NCBI GenBank assembly: GCA_049317985.1
Contig: JBMOHF010000001.1
Location: 25,605-89,604 of the forward strand
DNA length: 64,000 bases
DNA from: Patescibacteria group bacterium
Lineage (GTDB): Bacteria > Patescibacteriota > Patescibacteriia > Patescibacteriales > UBA12465
Direction of reading: 5' to 3'
The translations under genes were made by a program, and so were the position numbers. Positions 25,683-35,085 of the stretch are shown here, piece by piece. The notes below the pieces were generated by a model that was not told the DNA's origin, did no database searches, and was given only the letters and a program-made list of their open reading frames with translations. Position 1 is the stretch's first letter. Every line of letters starts with the position of its first letter.

Positions 25683-27707
25683 TTAGATGTCTAAATTTTT
25701 AACTTTCTTAGCATGGGTTTGAATAAAGTTTTTTCGAGGAGCAACGTTATCACCCATTAGCATGTCAAAAATCTGATCCGCCTTGGCAGCGTCCTCCACG
25801 GTCACTTGTTTTAAAATGCGACCATCGGGATTCATTGTGGTTTCCCATAATTGATCAGCATTCATTTCTCCTAAACCTTTGTAGCGCTGAATATTAATTC
25901 TAGTATTTTTTTTCTTTTCTTCTTCTTTCGCCATTTCTTCAGTGATAACTATTTCTATCTCTTCTCCCTCATCACTTTCTTCAACGACCTCTTCTGATCC
26001 AGAGAATCCGCCGAATTCTTCGATTGTGCGATTTTTTTCTTCATCACTATAAGCATAGCGAATTGTCGTTCCTTTTTTGATTTGATAAAGAGGTGGTTGA
26101 GCAATATACATATGGCCAGCCTCAACCAATGGTTTAAAATGACGAAAGAATAAGGTTAGAAGTAAGGTGCGAATATGGGAGCCATCGACATCAGCATCGG
26201 TCATGATGATAATTCGATGATAACGAAGTTTTTCTAGGTCAAATTGATCGTCGATATTTGTCCCTAAAGCAATCACGATATTTTTGATTTCATTGTTAGC
26301 GAGCATTTTGTCTAATCTTGCGCGTTCAACGTTTAAAATCTTTCCACGTAGCGGTAGAATCGCCTGGAAGCGACGATTGCGTCCTTGTTTGGCAGATCCT
26401 CCAGCAGAATCCCCCTCAACAATATAGAGTTCACATTCTTCGGCCTTTCGGCTAGAACAATCAGATAATTTCCCAGGCAAGGTCATTCCTTCGAGTGCTC
26501 CTTTTCGTAGAATTGTCGCACGAGCTGATCTTGCTGCTAAACGAGCCTGGGCCGACAAAAAGCACTTACTAACAATCGACTCTGCTTCTTTTGGGTGTTC
26601 CTCTAAAAAGGTGGCAAATGACTCGCCGAAGCTTTGTTCAACATAACCCTTGGTCTCGGCGTTACCAAGCTTTCCTTTTGTTTGTCCTTCAAATTGTGGG
26701 TCCGGCAATTTAACGCTGATAATTGCTGTTAAACCTTCGCGAACATCCTCACCAGTCAAATTTTCATCCTTTTCTTTTAATAGATTTTTACCGCGAGCAT
26801 AGTTATTTAGAGTTCTGGTTAAAGCGGTTCGGAAGCCAACCAAGTGAGTTCCGCCTTCAGGGTTGTGGATGTTATTGGCAAAAGAAAGAACCGTGTCGTT
26901 GTATTCGTCATTGTATTGCAAGGCAACCTCAACTCGCGTGTCGTTAACATTCTTGTCTAAATAGAAAATAGTTTCGTTCTTCACACTCTTGTTACGATGC
27001 AAGGAACGAATGTACGATTTGATTCCTCCTTCAAAATGGAATTTATATCTTTTAGGGCGGTGGCCCGCACGTTCGTCAATAACATTAATGGTAATGCCCT
27101 TGGTTAAGTATGCTTGTTGACGCAAGCGGTCCAAGATTTTACCCCAATTGAATTCTAATTCTGTGAATATTGTCGCGTCAGGTTTAAAAGTGATCGTCGT
27201 GCCGCTGCCAGTAGCTGGTCCGACCAGTTTGACTGGCGCTTGTGGGATACCAATTTTATATTCTTGAGCCCAAGCTTTTCCATCACGGTGCACTTCGGCT
27301 TTTAAATAGGTACTTAGAGCATTAACGACAGATACACCGACGCCATGAAGACCGCCGGAGACTTTGTAGCCACCACCACCAAATTTTCCGCCCGCATGGA
27401 GTTTTGTGAGTACAGTTTCTAAAGCAGAAATGCCTGTCGCTTTCATTTTGTCCACCGGGATACCTCGGCCGTTGTCTTCTTCTTTAATCATTCCATCAGC
27501 AGTCATCGTGACAGTGATTTCCGTCGCAAAACCGGCCATTGCTTCGTCAATGGAGTTATCTACAACTTCCCAAATTAAGTGGTGCAGACCAGCAGCGGAA
27601 GTTGAACCGATATACATTCCCGGTCTTTTTCGGACTGGATCTAGTCCTTCTAGAACGGTGATCGAGTCAGCGCCGTAACTGTCTTTCTTGGTTTCTTCTT
27701 TAGCCAT
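25683..27707 (-). CDS. gyrB: DNA gyrase subunit B
   Basis: Motifs YGADSITVLEGLDPVRKRPGMYIG, LHGVG, EGDSAGG, PLRGKILNVE and QRYKGLGEM. An acidic insertion lies before the tail. Confidence 0.95.
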   Translation of the reverse strand: MAKEETKKDSYGADSITVLEGLDPVRKRPGMYIGSTSAAGLHHLIWEVVDNSIDEAMAGFATEITVTMTADGMIKEEDNGRGIPVDKMKATGISALETVLTKLHAGGKFGGGGYKVSGGLHGVGVSVVNALSTYLKAEVHRDGKAWAQEYKIGIPQAPVKLVGPATGSGTTITFKPDATIFTELEFNWGKILDRLRQQAYLTKGITINVIDERAGHRPKRYKFHFEGGIKSYIRSLHRNKSVKNETIFYLDKNVNDTRVEVALQYNDEYNDTVLSFANNIHNPEGGTHLVGFRTALTRTLNNYARGKNLLKEKDENLTGEDVREGLTAIISVKLPDPQFEGQTKGKLGNAETKGYVEQSFGESFATFLEEHPKEAESIVSKCFLSAQARLAARSARATILRKGALEGMTLPGKLSDCSSRKAEECELYIVEGDSAGGSAKQGRNRRFQAILPLRGKILNVERARLDKMLANNEIKNIVIALGTNIDDQFDLEKLRYHRIIIMTDADVDGSHIRTLLLTLFFRHFKPLVEAGHMYIAQPPLYQIKKGTTIRYAYSDEEKNRTIEEFGGFSGSEEVVEESDEGEEIEIVITEEMAKEEEKKKNTRINIQRYKGLGEMNADQLWETTMNPDGRILKQVTVEDAAKADQIFDMLMGDNVAPRKNFIQTHAKKVKNLDI

Positions 27708-27840
27708 ATCAAATAAAAAACGCCTGTTTTTGTTTAGGGTTTTTTCTTAACTTTTATAATATTTACTCTTGTATTTTAGCAAACAAAAAGGTTTTTGGCA
27801 AACCTTTTTTCGCTAATTTAAGCTTGACTTTATTAGATTT

Positions 27841-28725
27841 TTATAGGGATATGAGTATTGTGCCAACGACCGCTAGAATGGTCGCAATTAGTTTTTTCCA
27901 CAAATTGTTCTTCTCTTTAAAAAGAAAAAAAGCAATGATAAAAACAAAAATTGGTGTAATTTCTTTTAGAGCCATCGCGTAAGCTACTAAGCCGTTAGCT
28001 AGCGCTAAATAATTACTAAGATGAGCAATTGCCGCCGAAATACTAATTGCGAGAAGACCTAAGTAAAAATATTTTGGTAGTCGCCATTCTTTTTCGCTGA
28101 TAATTTTGTATTCTTTTCTTAAAAAGAAGGGAATAATGAAAGTTAGGGCAATTAGAAAATGAAGAATAATTGCTGTACTGGCCGCTGATGAAAGAATGAT
28201 TGCCTCTTTTCTAAGGATCGGAGTAAATGACCAGGCAAGCAATACAATTAGCAGCATCAGTTTGGCCTGCTTCTTTCCTTTCTTTTCTTTATTTTGTTTT
28301 TCCCCATAATCAATTAAAATCGCTCCGCTAATAGCCAAAATAATACCGAAAAATCCGATTATCGACACTTTTTCTCCAAAAAATATCCAAGCAGGAATAA
28401 TGACGCTTATCGAAGAAACCGCTAATAGCGGCATTAAATAACTAAGATCAGCCAATCGAAAGGCGCGAAAAAGTGCTAAAATTGCAATGACCTCTAAAAT
28501 GCAGTGAATTCCAATCATTAACCAGAATTTTCCTGATAGAGCAGAAAAATCCAAAATATTTCCTTTAAATAGGAAGTAAAATATATATAGAAAAATCGAA
28601 GCAGCAAGATAGGTGAAAAACCCAATAATACTATCTAATCTTTTGTCTTGTGCTAGTCGACTTTTCAAGGAAAATTGAATTGCCGCGAAAAGTGCGGAAA
28701 TGAGACCCAAGAATAACCAGTTCAT
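27841..28725 (-). CDS. EamA/DMT-family transporter
   Basis: 294 aa with about 10 helices arranged as two EamA-like halves. Confidence 0.65.
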   Translation of the reverse strand: MNWLFLGLISALFAAIQFSLKSRLAQDKRLDSIIGFFTYLAASIFLYIFYFLFKGNILDFSALSGKFWLMIGIHCILEVIAILALFRAFRLADLSYLMPLLAVSSISVIIPAWIFFGEKVSIIGFFGIILAISGAILIDYGEKQNKEKKGKKQAKLMLLIVLLAWSFTPILRKEAIILSSAASTAIILHFLIALTFIIPFFLRKEYKIISEKEWRLPKYFYLGLLAISISAAIAHLSNYLALANGLVAYAMALKEITPIFVFIIAFFLFKEKNNLWKKLIATILAVVGTILISL

Positions 28726-28831
28726 TCCAAAATTCTACCATTAGCAGATTTTTCTTGCAAAATTTCCAAAAAATCCTTTTAATGTTATTATAAAGGAAAC
28801 AGTTTTTCAATTTTTATCTTATCAAGAAATT

Positions 28832-29776
28832 ATGTCAAAAATTCTCGTTACCGGCGGAGCCGGGTTTATTGGTTCAAATTTAGTTGATCGTCTAGTTTCT
28901 GAGGGTCACCAAGTTTGTGTGGTTGATGATCTTTCTTCCGGTCGCAAAGACTATGTTCACCACCAGGTCGTTTTTTATAATATGGAAATTTCATCCGAGA
29001 AGTTATCCAAGATTTTTGAAATCGAAAAATTTGAATTTGTCTATCATTTGGCAGCGCAAATAGATGTTCGTCGCTCAGTTTCTTATCCAGTCTTTGATAA
29101 TCTTGTTAATATTATTGGTGGCTTGAATGTTATTAAAAATTCTCACGAACATGGGGTGAAGAAAATTATTTTCCTTTCTACGGGGGGAGCACTTTATGGT
29201 GAAACAGAAAATATCCCAACCCCTGAAGATGAACCGACTTACCCCTTGTCTCCTTATGGTATTCATAAACTCACATTAGAAAAATATCTAAATTATTATC
29301 GCGAGGTCTATGGTCAGAACTATATTGTTTTACGCCTTTCCAATGTTTATGGGCCACGACAATATAAGGGCGGAGAAGCCGGAATTATCGCAAATTTTGT
29401 TGAGGCCGCTGTTAAAAAAACTTCTTGTTTCTTAAGTGGTGATGGTCTTCAAACTCGCGACTTCCTTTTTGTTTCTGATGCGGTTGATGCTCTAGTGCAA
29501 GCCAAGGAAGTTGATTTCTATGGAGAAATTAATGTTTCAACTGGTCGTGAAGTCAATATGATGAGCGTTGTCGCAGCAATCGAGAAAGCAACTAACGAGA
29601 AGTTGAACTGCACTTCTGTGCCAGAAAGATTGGGAGAACAACGTCGTAGTTGTCTGAGCTATCAAAAAGCTCATGAAATTCTAGGGTATGAACCAAAAGT
29701 GGATCTTCAGGAAGGAATTCGTTTAACCGTTGAATGGGCTCATCTTGCTCAGTCACAAGAAATTGGTGAGAAATAA
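28832..29776 (+). CDS. NAD-dependent sugar epimerase/dehydratase (GalE-like SDR)
   Basis: Motif VTGGAGFIGSNL and catalytic SPYGIHK (YxxxK). Confidence 0.8.
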   Translation: MSKILVTGGAGFIGSNLVDRLVSEGHQVCVVDDLSSGRKDYVHHQVVFYNMEISSEKLSKIFEIEKFEFVYHLAAQIDVRRSVSYPVFDNLVNIIGGLNVIKNSHEHGVKKIIFLSTGGALYGETENIPTPEDEPTYPLSPYGIHKLTLEKYLNYYREVYGQNYIVLRLSNVYGPRQYKGGEAGIIANFVEAAVKKTSCFLSGDGLQTRDFLFVSDAVDALVQAKEVDFYGEINVSTGREVNMMSVVAAIEKATNEKLNCTSVPERLGEQRRSCLSYQKAHEILGYEPKVDLQEGIRLTVEWAHLAQSQEIGEK

Positions 29777-29787
29777 TTTAAAATAAT

Positions 29788-30513
29788 ATGAAAAAAATTA
29801 TTATTGCGAATTGGAAAGCGAAGTTGGGCCCAAGAGAGGCAATCTCTTTGGCGAAAAAATATTCTTTTTTAAACTCAAAGTATTCACTAGTTGTTTGTCC
29901 GGATTTTTCTGTGATTTATCCAATTTCCGAGTTATTAAAAAAAACAAAAATCTTTTTTGGTTCTCAAGACTGTTCAGCTTTTCCTTCAGGCGCTCATACG
30001 GGAGAGGTCAGTGCTTCTTCGCTAAAAACATTAGGGGCAAAATATGTAATTATTGGTCATAGTGAACGACGAGCAAATGGAGAGGGGATTGACTTAATTT
30101 TGCAAAAAGTTCAAAAAGTTTTAGCAGAAAAAATGATTCCGGTGGTTTGTGTTGGAGAGAGCGCAAAGGAGCGCCTTCAGAAAAAAACAATGACTATCCT
30201 AACTAAGCAATTATCTCAAGTCTTTAATAAATTATCACCAGAACAAAAATCGCAAAAAATTTTTGTTGCCTACGAACCGGTTTGGGCGGTTGGCTCAGGT
30301 CAAGCTCTTGCGCCTGAGGAATCTGAGTTTATTTGTGGTTTTATTAAAAAAAACACCAACTCTCTTGGGGCTTCAAAAGTTGAGGTCCTCTATGGCGGAA
30401 GTGTTAGCGCAAATAATGCCAAAGAGTATCTTAACCAAGACAATGTTTCGGGCTTGTTAATTGGTGGCGCTAGTTTGGACTTTTCCGTTTTTAGAAAAAT
30501 TATTAATTGTTAA
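29788..30513 (+). CDS. tpiA: Triosephosphate isomerase
   Basis: Motifs IIANWKA, IIGHSERR, YEPVWAVGSG and IGGASL. Confidence 0.9.
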   Translation: MKKIIIANWKAKLGPREAISLAKKYSFLNSKYSLVVCPDFSVIYPISELLKKTKIFFGSQDCSAFPSGAHTGEVSASSLKTLGAKYVIIGHSERRANGEGIDLILQKVQKVLAEKMIPVVCVGESAKERLQKKTMTILTKQLSQVFNKLSPEQKSQKIFVAYEPVWAVGSGQALAPEESEFICGFIKKNTNSLGASKVEVLYGGSVSANNAKEYLNQDNVSGLLIGGASLDFSVFRKIINC

Positions 30514-30519
30514 TAGTTT

Positions 30520-31332
30520 ATGTTTGTTTATTTATCCCTTTTTCTAGTTGCGCTTTGTGTTGTTTGGATTTTTTTGATTGTGTCTAAAAAGTTTACAACC
30601 CTTGCTTTGCTGGATCTTGACCATTTACCTGGTCATCGGGAGGCAAAATTCAAAAAACAGATTATTACTAAACGTTTAGATCGAGATTTGGAAAAACTTT
30701 CGGGGCTTTTGGGCCGTTGGCGTTTATTTTTAGAGCGACGGACTGGTTCTTTCTTGCACCAACTTCACCTACGCCTTGAGCACTCAAAAGAATATTATCT
30801 TCAAACCAAAAAATTGACGCTGGGAGAGCGGCAAGCAAAAATATCAGCTTGGTTTAGCGAAGCCAAGGAGGCTGCAAAAAAAAGTGATTACGAGAAAGCA
30901 GAAGAACTTCTGATTGCCATAATTACTCTCGATCATCGTTATCTTCCGGCTTTTGTCGAATTGGGGGATGTCTATTTTGAACTCAGAAAATATTTAGAGT
31001 CAAAACAAACTTTTGCTCATGTCCTAAAAGTTTTATCAAAAAAAACTGTTAATGATTTTTCTGGTTATCGTACCAAAAAGGAGCTTTATTTTTCCTTAGC
31101 ACAAGCGAATCAGCAATTAGGAAATTTTGATGAAGCAATTGATAATTTACACGAGGCCCTTGAAATAGAAGCAAATAATCCGCGTTATCTTGATTTAATT
31201 TTGGAATTAAGTATAATAAAAAAAGATTGCGCCCTCGCCGAGAGTGTTTTATCTCGTCTAGAAGAGTCAAACCCAGAGAACCAGAAAATTAACGACTTTC
31301 GTGCTCGTCTCAGAAAAATTACTGGTCTTTAA
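30520..31332 (+). CDS. Membrane-anchored TPR-repeat protein
   Basis: N-terminal TM helix and at least two TPR-like units (YEKAEELLIAIITLD, GNFDEAIDNLHEALEIEANNP). Confidence 0.6.
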   Translation: MFVYLSLFLVALCVVWIFLIVSKKFTTLALLDLDHLPGHREAKFKKQIITKRLDRDLEKLSGLLGRWRLFLERRTGSFLHQLHLRLEHSKEYYLQTKKLTLGERQAKISAWFSEAKEAAKKSDYEKAEELLIAIITLDHRYLPAFVELGDVYFELRKYLESKQTFAHVLKVLSKKTVNDFSGYRTKKELYFSLAQANQQLGNFDEAIDNLHEALEIEANNPRYLDLILELSIIKKDCALAESVLSRLEESNPENQKINDFRARLRKITGL

Positions 31333-31343
31333 GTTTTGTATTT

Positions 31344-31416
31344 GCCGTTTTAGCTCAGCTGGTAGAGCACTTCCATGGTAAGGAAGAGGTCTCGGGTCCG
31401 ATCCCCGAAAACGGCT
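31344..31416 (+). tRNA. tRNA-Thr (anticodon GGT)
   Basis: Acceptor GCCGTTT/AAACGGC, anticodon arm CTTCC-ATGGTAA-GGAAG, T arm TCGGG-TCCGATC-CCCGA. Position 55 is unusually C. No encoded CCA. Confidence 0.85.
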
Positions 31417-31428
31417 CAATGAAAAAAA

Positions 31429-31449
31429 ACACCGAAGAGGTGTTTTTTA
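31429..31449 (+). terminator. Rho-independent terminator after tRNA-Thr
   Basis: Stem ACACC/GGTGT followed by a T-run. Confidence 0.6.
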
Positions 31450-31490
31450 ATAAAAAAACCGTCACTTTTCAGGGCGACGGTATGGTTTTT

Positions 31491-32156
31491 TTATAAACCA
31501 AGTTCTTTTTTTCTTTGGTCAATCTCTTTTTTACACTGGAATTCGATTATTTTCACATTATTTTGATGCTCCTGATCGATCGCGTTGATTGTATTTTCGT
31601 ATTTTCTTTGCGCATCTTCTTTGGTTTTAGCACAAATATTTTTTGCTTTTTCCTCAGTATTTAGGAAGATTTTGACCGCCGGTCTTTTTTCTAATGTTCG
31701 TATTTCCTCGGTAAACATGATGCAGTCATATTTGCGGTATAGTGAGGTGGCAGCTATTTTTTGAAAACCCTCCGGGTCACTTTTTTCTAATTGTTTTAGA
31801 GCTGCAATGACTTTAACGTTTGCATCTTCGTCGGCTTCTTCATTGATTATTTGTTTTCTGTGTCCTGCCTCTTCTTTGAGCAAATATTTCTTATCAATTA
31901 GTGATTGAATTATTTGGTCAACTCTTTGATAACAGTCTAATTCGTAAGTGTGAATCTTCTGAAGTTTTAACTTTTGATTAATTGTCGTTGTGTCACAAAG
32001 ACTTTCTGCTTTGGTAATCAACAATTCATTTAATTCGAGGTTTCTACTTTCTAGCTCGGCATTTTTTTTCTGAGCAATTTTAATTTCGCTTTTTCCGCAA
32101 GAAACGGCGGTTAAAATGAAAATCAAGACGGTTAATGTGACAGTTAATTTTTTCAT
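31491..32156 (-). CDS. Hypothetical coiled-coil lipoprotein
   Basis: Signal peptide with lipobox LTAVSC. The remainder is charged and helical. Confidence 0.55.
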   Translation of the reverse strand: MKKLTVTLTVLIFILTAVSCGKSEIKIAQKKNAELESRNLELNELLITKAESLCDTTTINQKLKLQKIHTYELDCYQRVDQIIQSLIDKKYLLKEEAGHRKQIINEEADEDANVKVIAALKQLEKSDPEGFQKIAATSLYRKYDCIMFTEEIRTLEKRPAVKIFLNTEEKAKNICAKTKEDAQRKYENTINAIDQEHQNNVKIIEFQCKKEIDQRKKELGL

Positions 32157-32367
32157 GGTTTGTTTCCTTTTTTCGTTTATTTTATTGTTAAATAATTAGT
32201 TTTTACGCTAACTAGCAAAATTACCATAAATACGTAGAATGTCAAATATATTAACTTTATCCACCGAATATCTGCAAAAATTATGGCTTATATTAAATAA
32301 ATTTTAACCATAGCATTGACAAGCAGTTAAAATTATGATATAATAATGTTAATCAAATGAGCATTGG

Positions 32368-33474
32368 ATGCTGAGGCAAAAAATGTTATTTAACAATAAA
32401 ATAAACGAAAAAAAACATAAGATCATGAAAAAGAAAAATAGTTTGCTGTGGATAAAGTTTTTTGTCATCAGCGCTTTCAGTATTGCAATAATTGCGCTTA
32501 TTCTTTCAATATTTTTGAAAGGGTATATGCCGATTATTTGGTTAGCGAGCGGAGCATTTTACATCCTCCTTAGTGCCGGTGTTTATTATCGAACTTGGCA
32601 ATTTTGGAGAAATAAAAAAAAGGCTGGGTTTGTAAGTGGGTATGTTGCCCTCTTAGAGTATGTCGGAAATTATAATGGAGATTTGAGAAACTCATTAGAA
32701 GAAGATACGGACGGAGTCATTTATCCTGGTCCTCACTGTTTCTTTAATCTATTCCAAACCTTTGAAGTTCATCAAGAAAAAGGAGAGGATATGTACTATT
32801 CTTTAGAACTAGACTATGTCGACCTGTTTCAGGGGGAGGCGGATTATGTAGAATTTAAAGGTGGGCAAGAAGTAAAGTTTCTGAATGCCAGTCTCCGATT
32901 TAGAATCGTAGATCCACGTAAGGTGGCGTATAAAATTGAAGATTACACCAAATATCTCATTGGTGAATCTGAAGACGCTATTACGTTGTACTGTAAAACT
33001 ATTGAATTTGAAAAAACGGCCGAAACTGATTTTCCGGTAAAAGTGATGAATTTAATGGATAAGGATCAAATCAAAGCTGATTATGGTTTAGAACTTGTAA
33101 ATTTTTCTTTTTCTCGTTTTCAATTTTCTGCAAAAACCAGAGAGATGGAAGATTTAAAAGAGAAGGCTGAATACGAGATTAAAGTAGAAGATGATGCTTT
33201 TAAAAAAGCAGAAAAAGAGCAAAAAAGAGTGATCGTTGAAGCCGCAACGCAAATTATCAGAAATGGTCCAGAATTGGATAGACTTGAAAAGTTAAAGGAA
33301 AGCTGGCTAACACCAGAAATTTTATTAGCGAATGAAGATTCGCAAAGAAAGTGGACAGCAATCGGTAAAAATCAAAATGTTACCGTTATCCTTGATGATA
33401 GCAATAATAGTCTAACGTCTCTTGGTGCTAAATTTGGTATTGGGACGGAGGCTGCAAAAAAAGAAAAGAAATAA
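32368..33474 (+). CDS. SPFH/band-7-like membrane protein (tentative)
   Basis: Two N-terminal TM helices. The segment PGPHCFF...ASLRFRIVDPRKVAYKIEDY resembles the SPFH core, and the C-terminus is coiled-coil. The start is uncertain (an alternative MKKKNSLLW lies 19 codons in). Confidence 0.4.
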   Translation: MLRQKMLFNNKINEKKHKIMKKKNSLLWIKFFVISAFSIAIIALILSIFLKGYMPIIWLASGAFYILLSAGVYYRTWQFWRNKKKAGFVSGYVALLEYVGNYNGDLRNSLEEDTDGVIYPGPHCFFNLFQTFEVHQEKGEDMYYSLELDYVDLFQGEADYVEFKGGQEVKFLNASLRFRIVDPRKVAYKIEDYTKYLIGESEDAITLYCKTIEFEKTAETDFPVKVMNLMDKDQIKADYGLELVNFSFSRFQFSAKTREMEDLKEKAEYEIKVEDDAFKKAEKEQKRVIVEAATQIIRNGPELDRLEKLKESWLTPEILLANEDSQRKWTAIGKNQNVTVILDDSNNSLTSLGAKFGIGTEAAKKEKK

Positions 33475-33500
33475 AAATACAAAAATTGGAGGATTAAAAA

Positions 33501-34199
33501 ATGGCAAGATCAACAGATCTAGGGAAAACAACCCCTGGGGCAAAGAAAGTAGAAGAAATATTAGATAACAAAGAAGTGGGAGAAAAATCAACAAAAGAAA
33601 AACTGATTGAAGAAAAGAAAAATTTGCCTTCAGTTGCTGATTTATTTAAAATTGTTCTTTCCTTCGCTATTTCTCTCGGAGTATTTATGCTCTTCAGAGA
33701 TGTATTGTTAAAAGAAATCGGAATGTATTTGCTAAGAAGTTTAGCTGCGTTGTTTGTTTCATTCCTAGCACTTGGCGCTATCAGTTTGGCAATTAGTAAG
33801 CCAACCACAATTGGGGTTCCGGTGGTAGTATGGTTGTTCTTCTGGTTTTTTCTGGGAATATTCATTCACCAAGAACCAAAAAAGGATGAGCCAGCGCCCA
33901 CACCAATAGAAAATGTTTCTGTCAGAAATCCAGAAATTCAAACTCTAGATGTCGGTAGTCACTCTTTCTTCTTAAAAAGCGGGGAAGAGCTTGGACCACT
34001 AAAAGCGATTGATGACCTAAAATTTACCTGGTCTATTCGATCATCATTAGATAAGAATTACTGGACAATAAGTTTAAATAACGGCACGCCACTTGATGGT
34101 TTAACCATGAAAGTGTTGCCTTTGCTCGACGGATCTACTTCTTTTGTAGTGAAAGCTACAAAAGATCAAACAGTAACAATAGATATTGTTCCTGAATAA
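33501..34199 (+). CDS. Hypothetical membrane protein (3 TM helices plus a C-terminal beta-rich domain)
   Basis: 232-aa ORF starting 26 nt after the SPFH-like gene. A terminator follows at 34208-34238. Confidence 0.55.
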   Translation: MARSTDLGKTTPGAKKVEEILDNKEVGEKSTKEKLIEEKKNLPSVADLFKIVLSFAISLGVFMLFRDVLLKEIGMYLLRSLAALFVSFLALGAISLAISKPTTIGVPVVVWLFFWFFLGIFIHQEPKKDEPAPTPIENVSVRNPEIQTLDVGSHSFFLKSGEELGPLKAIDDLKFTWSIRSSLDKNYWTISLNNGTPLDGLTMKVLPLLDGSTSFVVKATKDQTVTIDIVPE

Positions 34200-34207
34200 A
34201 ATAATGA

Positions 34208-34238
34208 GGCTCGCAAAAACAAATGCGAGCCTTTTTTC
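34208..34238 (+). terminator. Rho-independent terminator
   Basis: Stem GGCTCGCA/TGCGAGCC followed by T6. Confidence 0.8.
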
Positions 34239-34283
34239 TTTTTTATTTTTATGTTATTATAGAAATATAATTGGTAATTATCT

Positions 34284-34709
34284 ATGAAAAATTTTTTTCT
34301 CTCAATCTCTTTTGTGTGTCTGCTTCTTGCGCTCACCTTATCTCCAGGTTTATCAGTCCAAGCTGCTTCGGTAAGCGGTCCAGGAAATACTAATGGCGGG
34401 TCAACTGCTATTTCCGGTCCAGGAAACACGACTTGTTCTCCTAATAGTTCCACTCTTTGTAATCCACTGGGTCAAAATACAACGGTATATTCATTAGTTG
34501 GCCGAATCATTTCTGTTATTCTCGGTCTGGTTGGGTCTATTGCCCTGGTGATGTTTATATATGGCGGTCTCCTTTGGATGACCTCTGCTGGAGCCGCTGA
34601 TCGCGTCAAGAAGGGGCGGGAAGCAATTCTTTGGTCAGTTATTGGAATGGCAGTTATTTTTGCTTCCTATGGCCTAACAAAGTTCTTAATCGAAAATATT
34701 ACCACTTAA
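34284..34709 (+). CDS. TrbC/VirB2-type (T4SS-pilin-like) small membrane protein
   Basis: Signal peptide, then CNPL...two hydrophobic helices with the MFIYGGLLWMTSAGAADRVKKGREAILWSVIG pattern typical of this small-protein family. Confidence 0.5.
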   Translation: MKNFFLSISFVCLLLALTLSPGLSVQAASVSGPGNTNGGSTAISGPGNTTCSPNSSTLCNPLGQNTTVYSLVGRIISVILGLVGSIALVMFIYGGLLWMTSAGAADRVKKGREAILWSVIGMAVIFASYGLTKFLIENITT

Positions 34710-34783
34710 ATACACTATTCCGGTTATTCTGTCGCTATTAAACAATATTTTTAAAGTCATTCGCTATCGAATGGCTTTTTTAT

Positions 34784-34812
34784 TTGACAAGCGTGATGAT
34801 ATTTTTTATGAT
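34784..34812 (+). promoter_or_regulatory. Near-consensus sigma70 promoter driving the tRNA-Tyr locus
   Basis: TTGACA-17 nt-TATGAT. The predicted start lies a few nt before 34824. Confidence 0.65.
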
Positions 34813-34823
34813 GTTGTGGTATT

Positions 34824-34912
34824 GGGTCGATACCGAACCCGCCTTATGAGGGCGAGGGCGGTCAACCGGGGCAGACTGTAAACCTGCCTGCCGGCAGGCA
34901 GGTCTGCTGGCT
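34824..34912 (+). pseudogene. tRNA-Tyr 5' fragment (nt 1-49) interrupted by two exact 20-nt GC-rich hairpin insertions
   Basis: 49/49 identity to 34952-35000 once CCCGCCTTATGAGGGCGAGG (34838-34857, D-loop) and the perfect palindrome CCTGCCTGCCGGCAGGCAGG (34883-34902, after anticodon-loop nt 38) are removed. No T arm or 3' acceptor strand follows. Confidence 0.8.
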
Positions 34913-34951
34913 ATCAATACAAAGTTCGTTGTTCAGGTAAATAAACATAAA

Positions 34952-35034
34952 GGGTCGATACCGAAGCGGTCAACCGGGGCAGACTGTAAATCTGCTGGCT
35001 TACGCCTTCGTAGGTTCGAATCCTACTCGGCCCA
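34952..35034 (+). tRNA. tRNA-Tyr (anticodon GTA), class II long variable arm
   Basis: Acceptor GGGTCGA/TCGGCCC, anticodon arm GCAGA-CTGTAAA-TCTGC, variable arm TGGCTTACGCCTTC, T arm GTAGG-TTCGAAT-CCTAC. No encoded CCA. Confidence 0.92.
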
Positions 35035-35044
35035 CAAATAAAAA

Positions 35045-35067
35045 ACAAGCGAAAGCTTGTTTTTTTG
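35045..35067 (+). terminator. Rho-independent terminator after tRNA-Tyr
   Basis: Stem ACAAGC/GCTTGT, loop GAAA, then T7. Confidence 0.75.
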
Positions 35068-35085
35068 TTTGTGGATTAAAAATGA

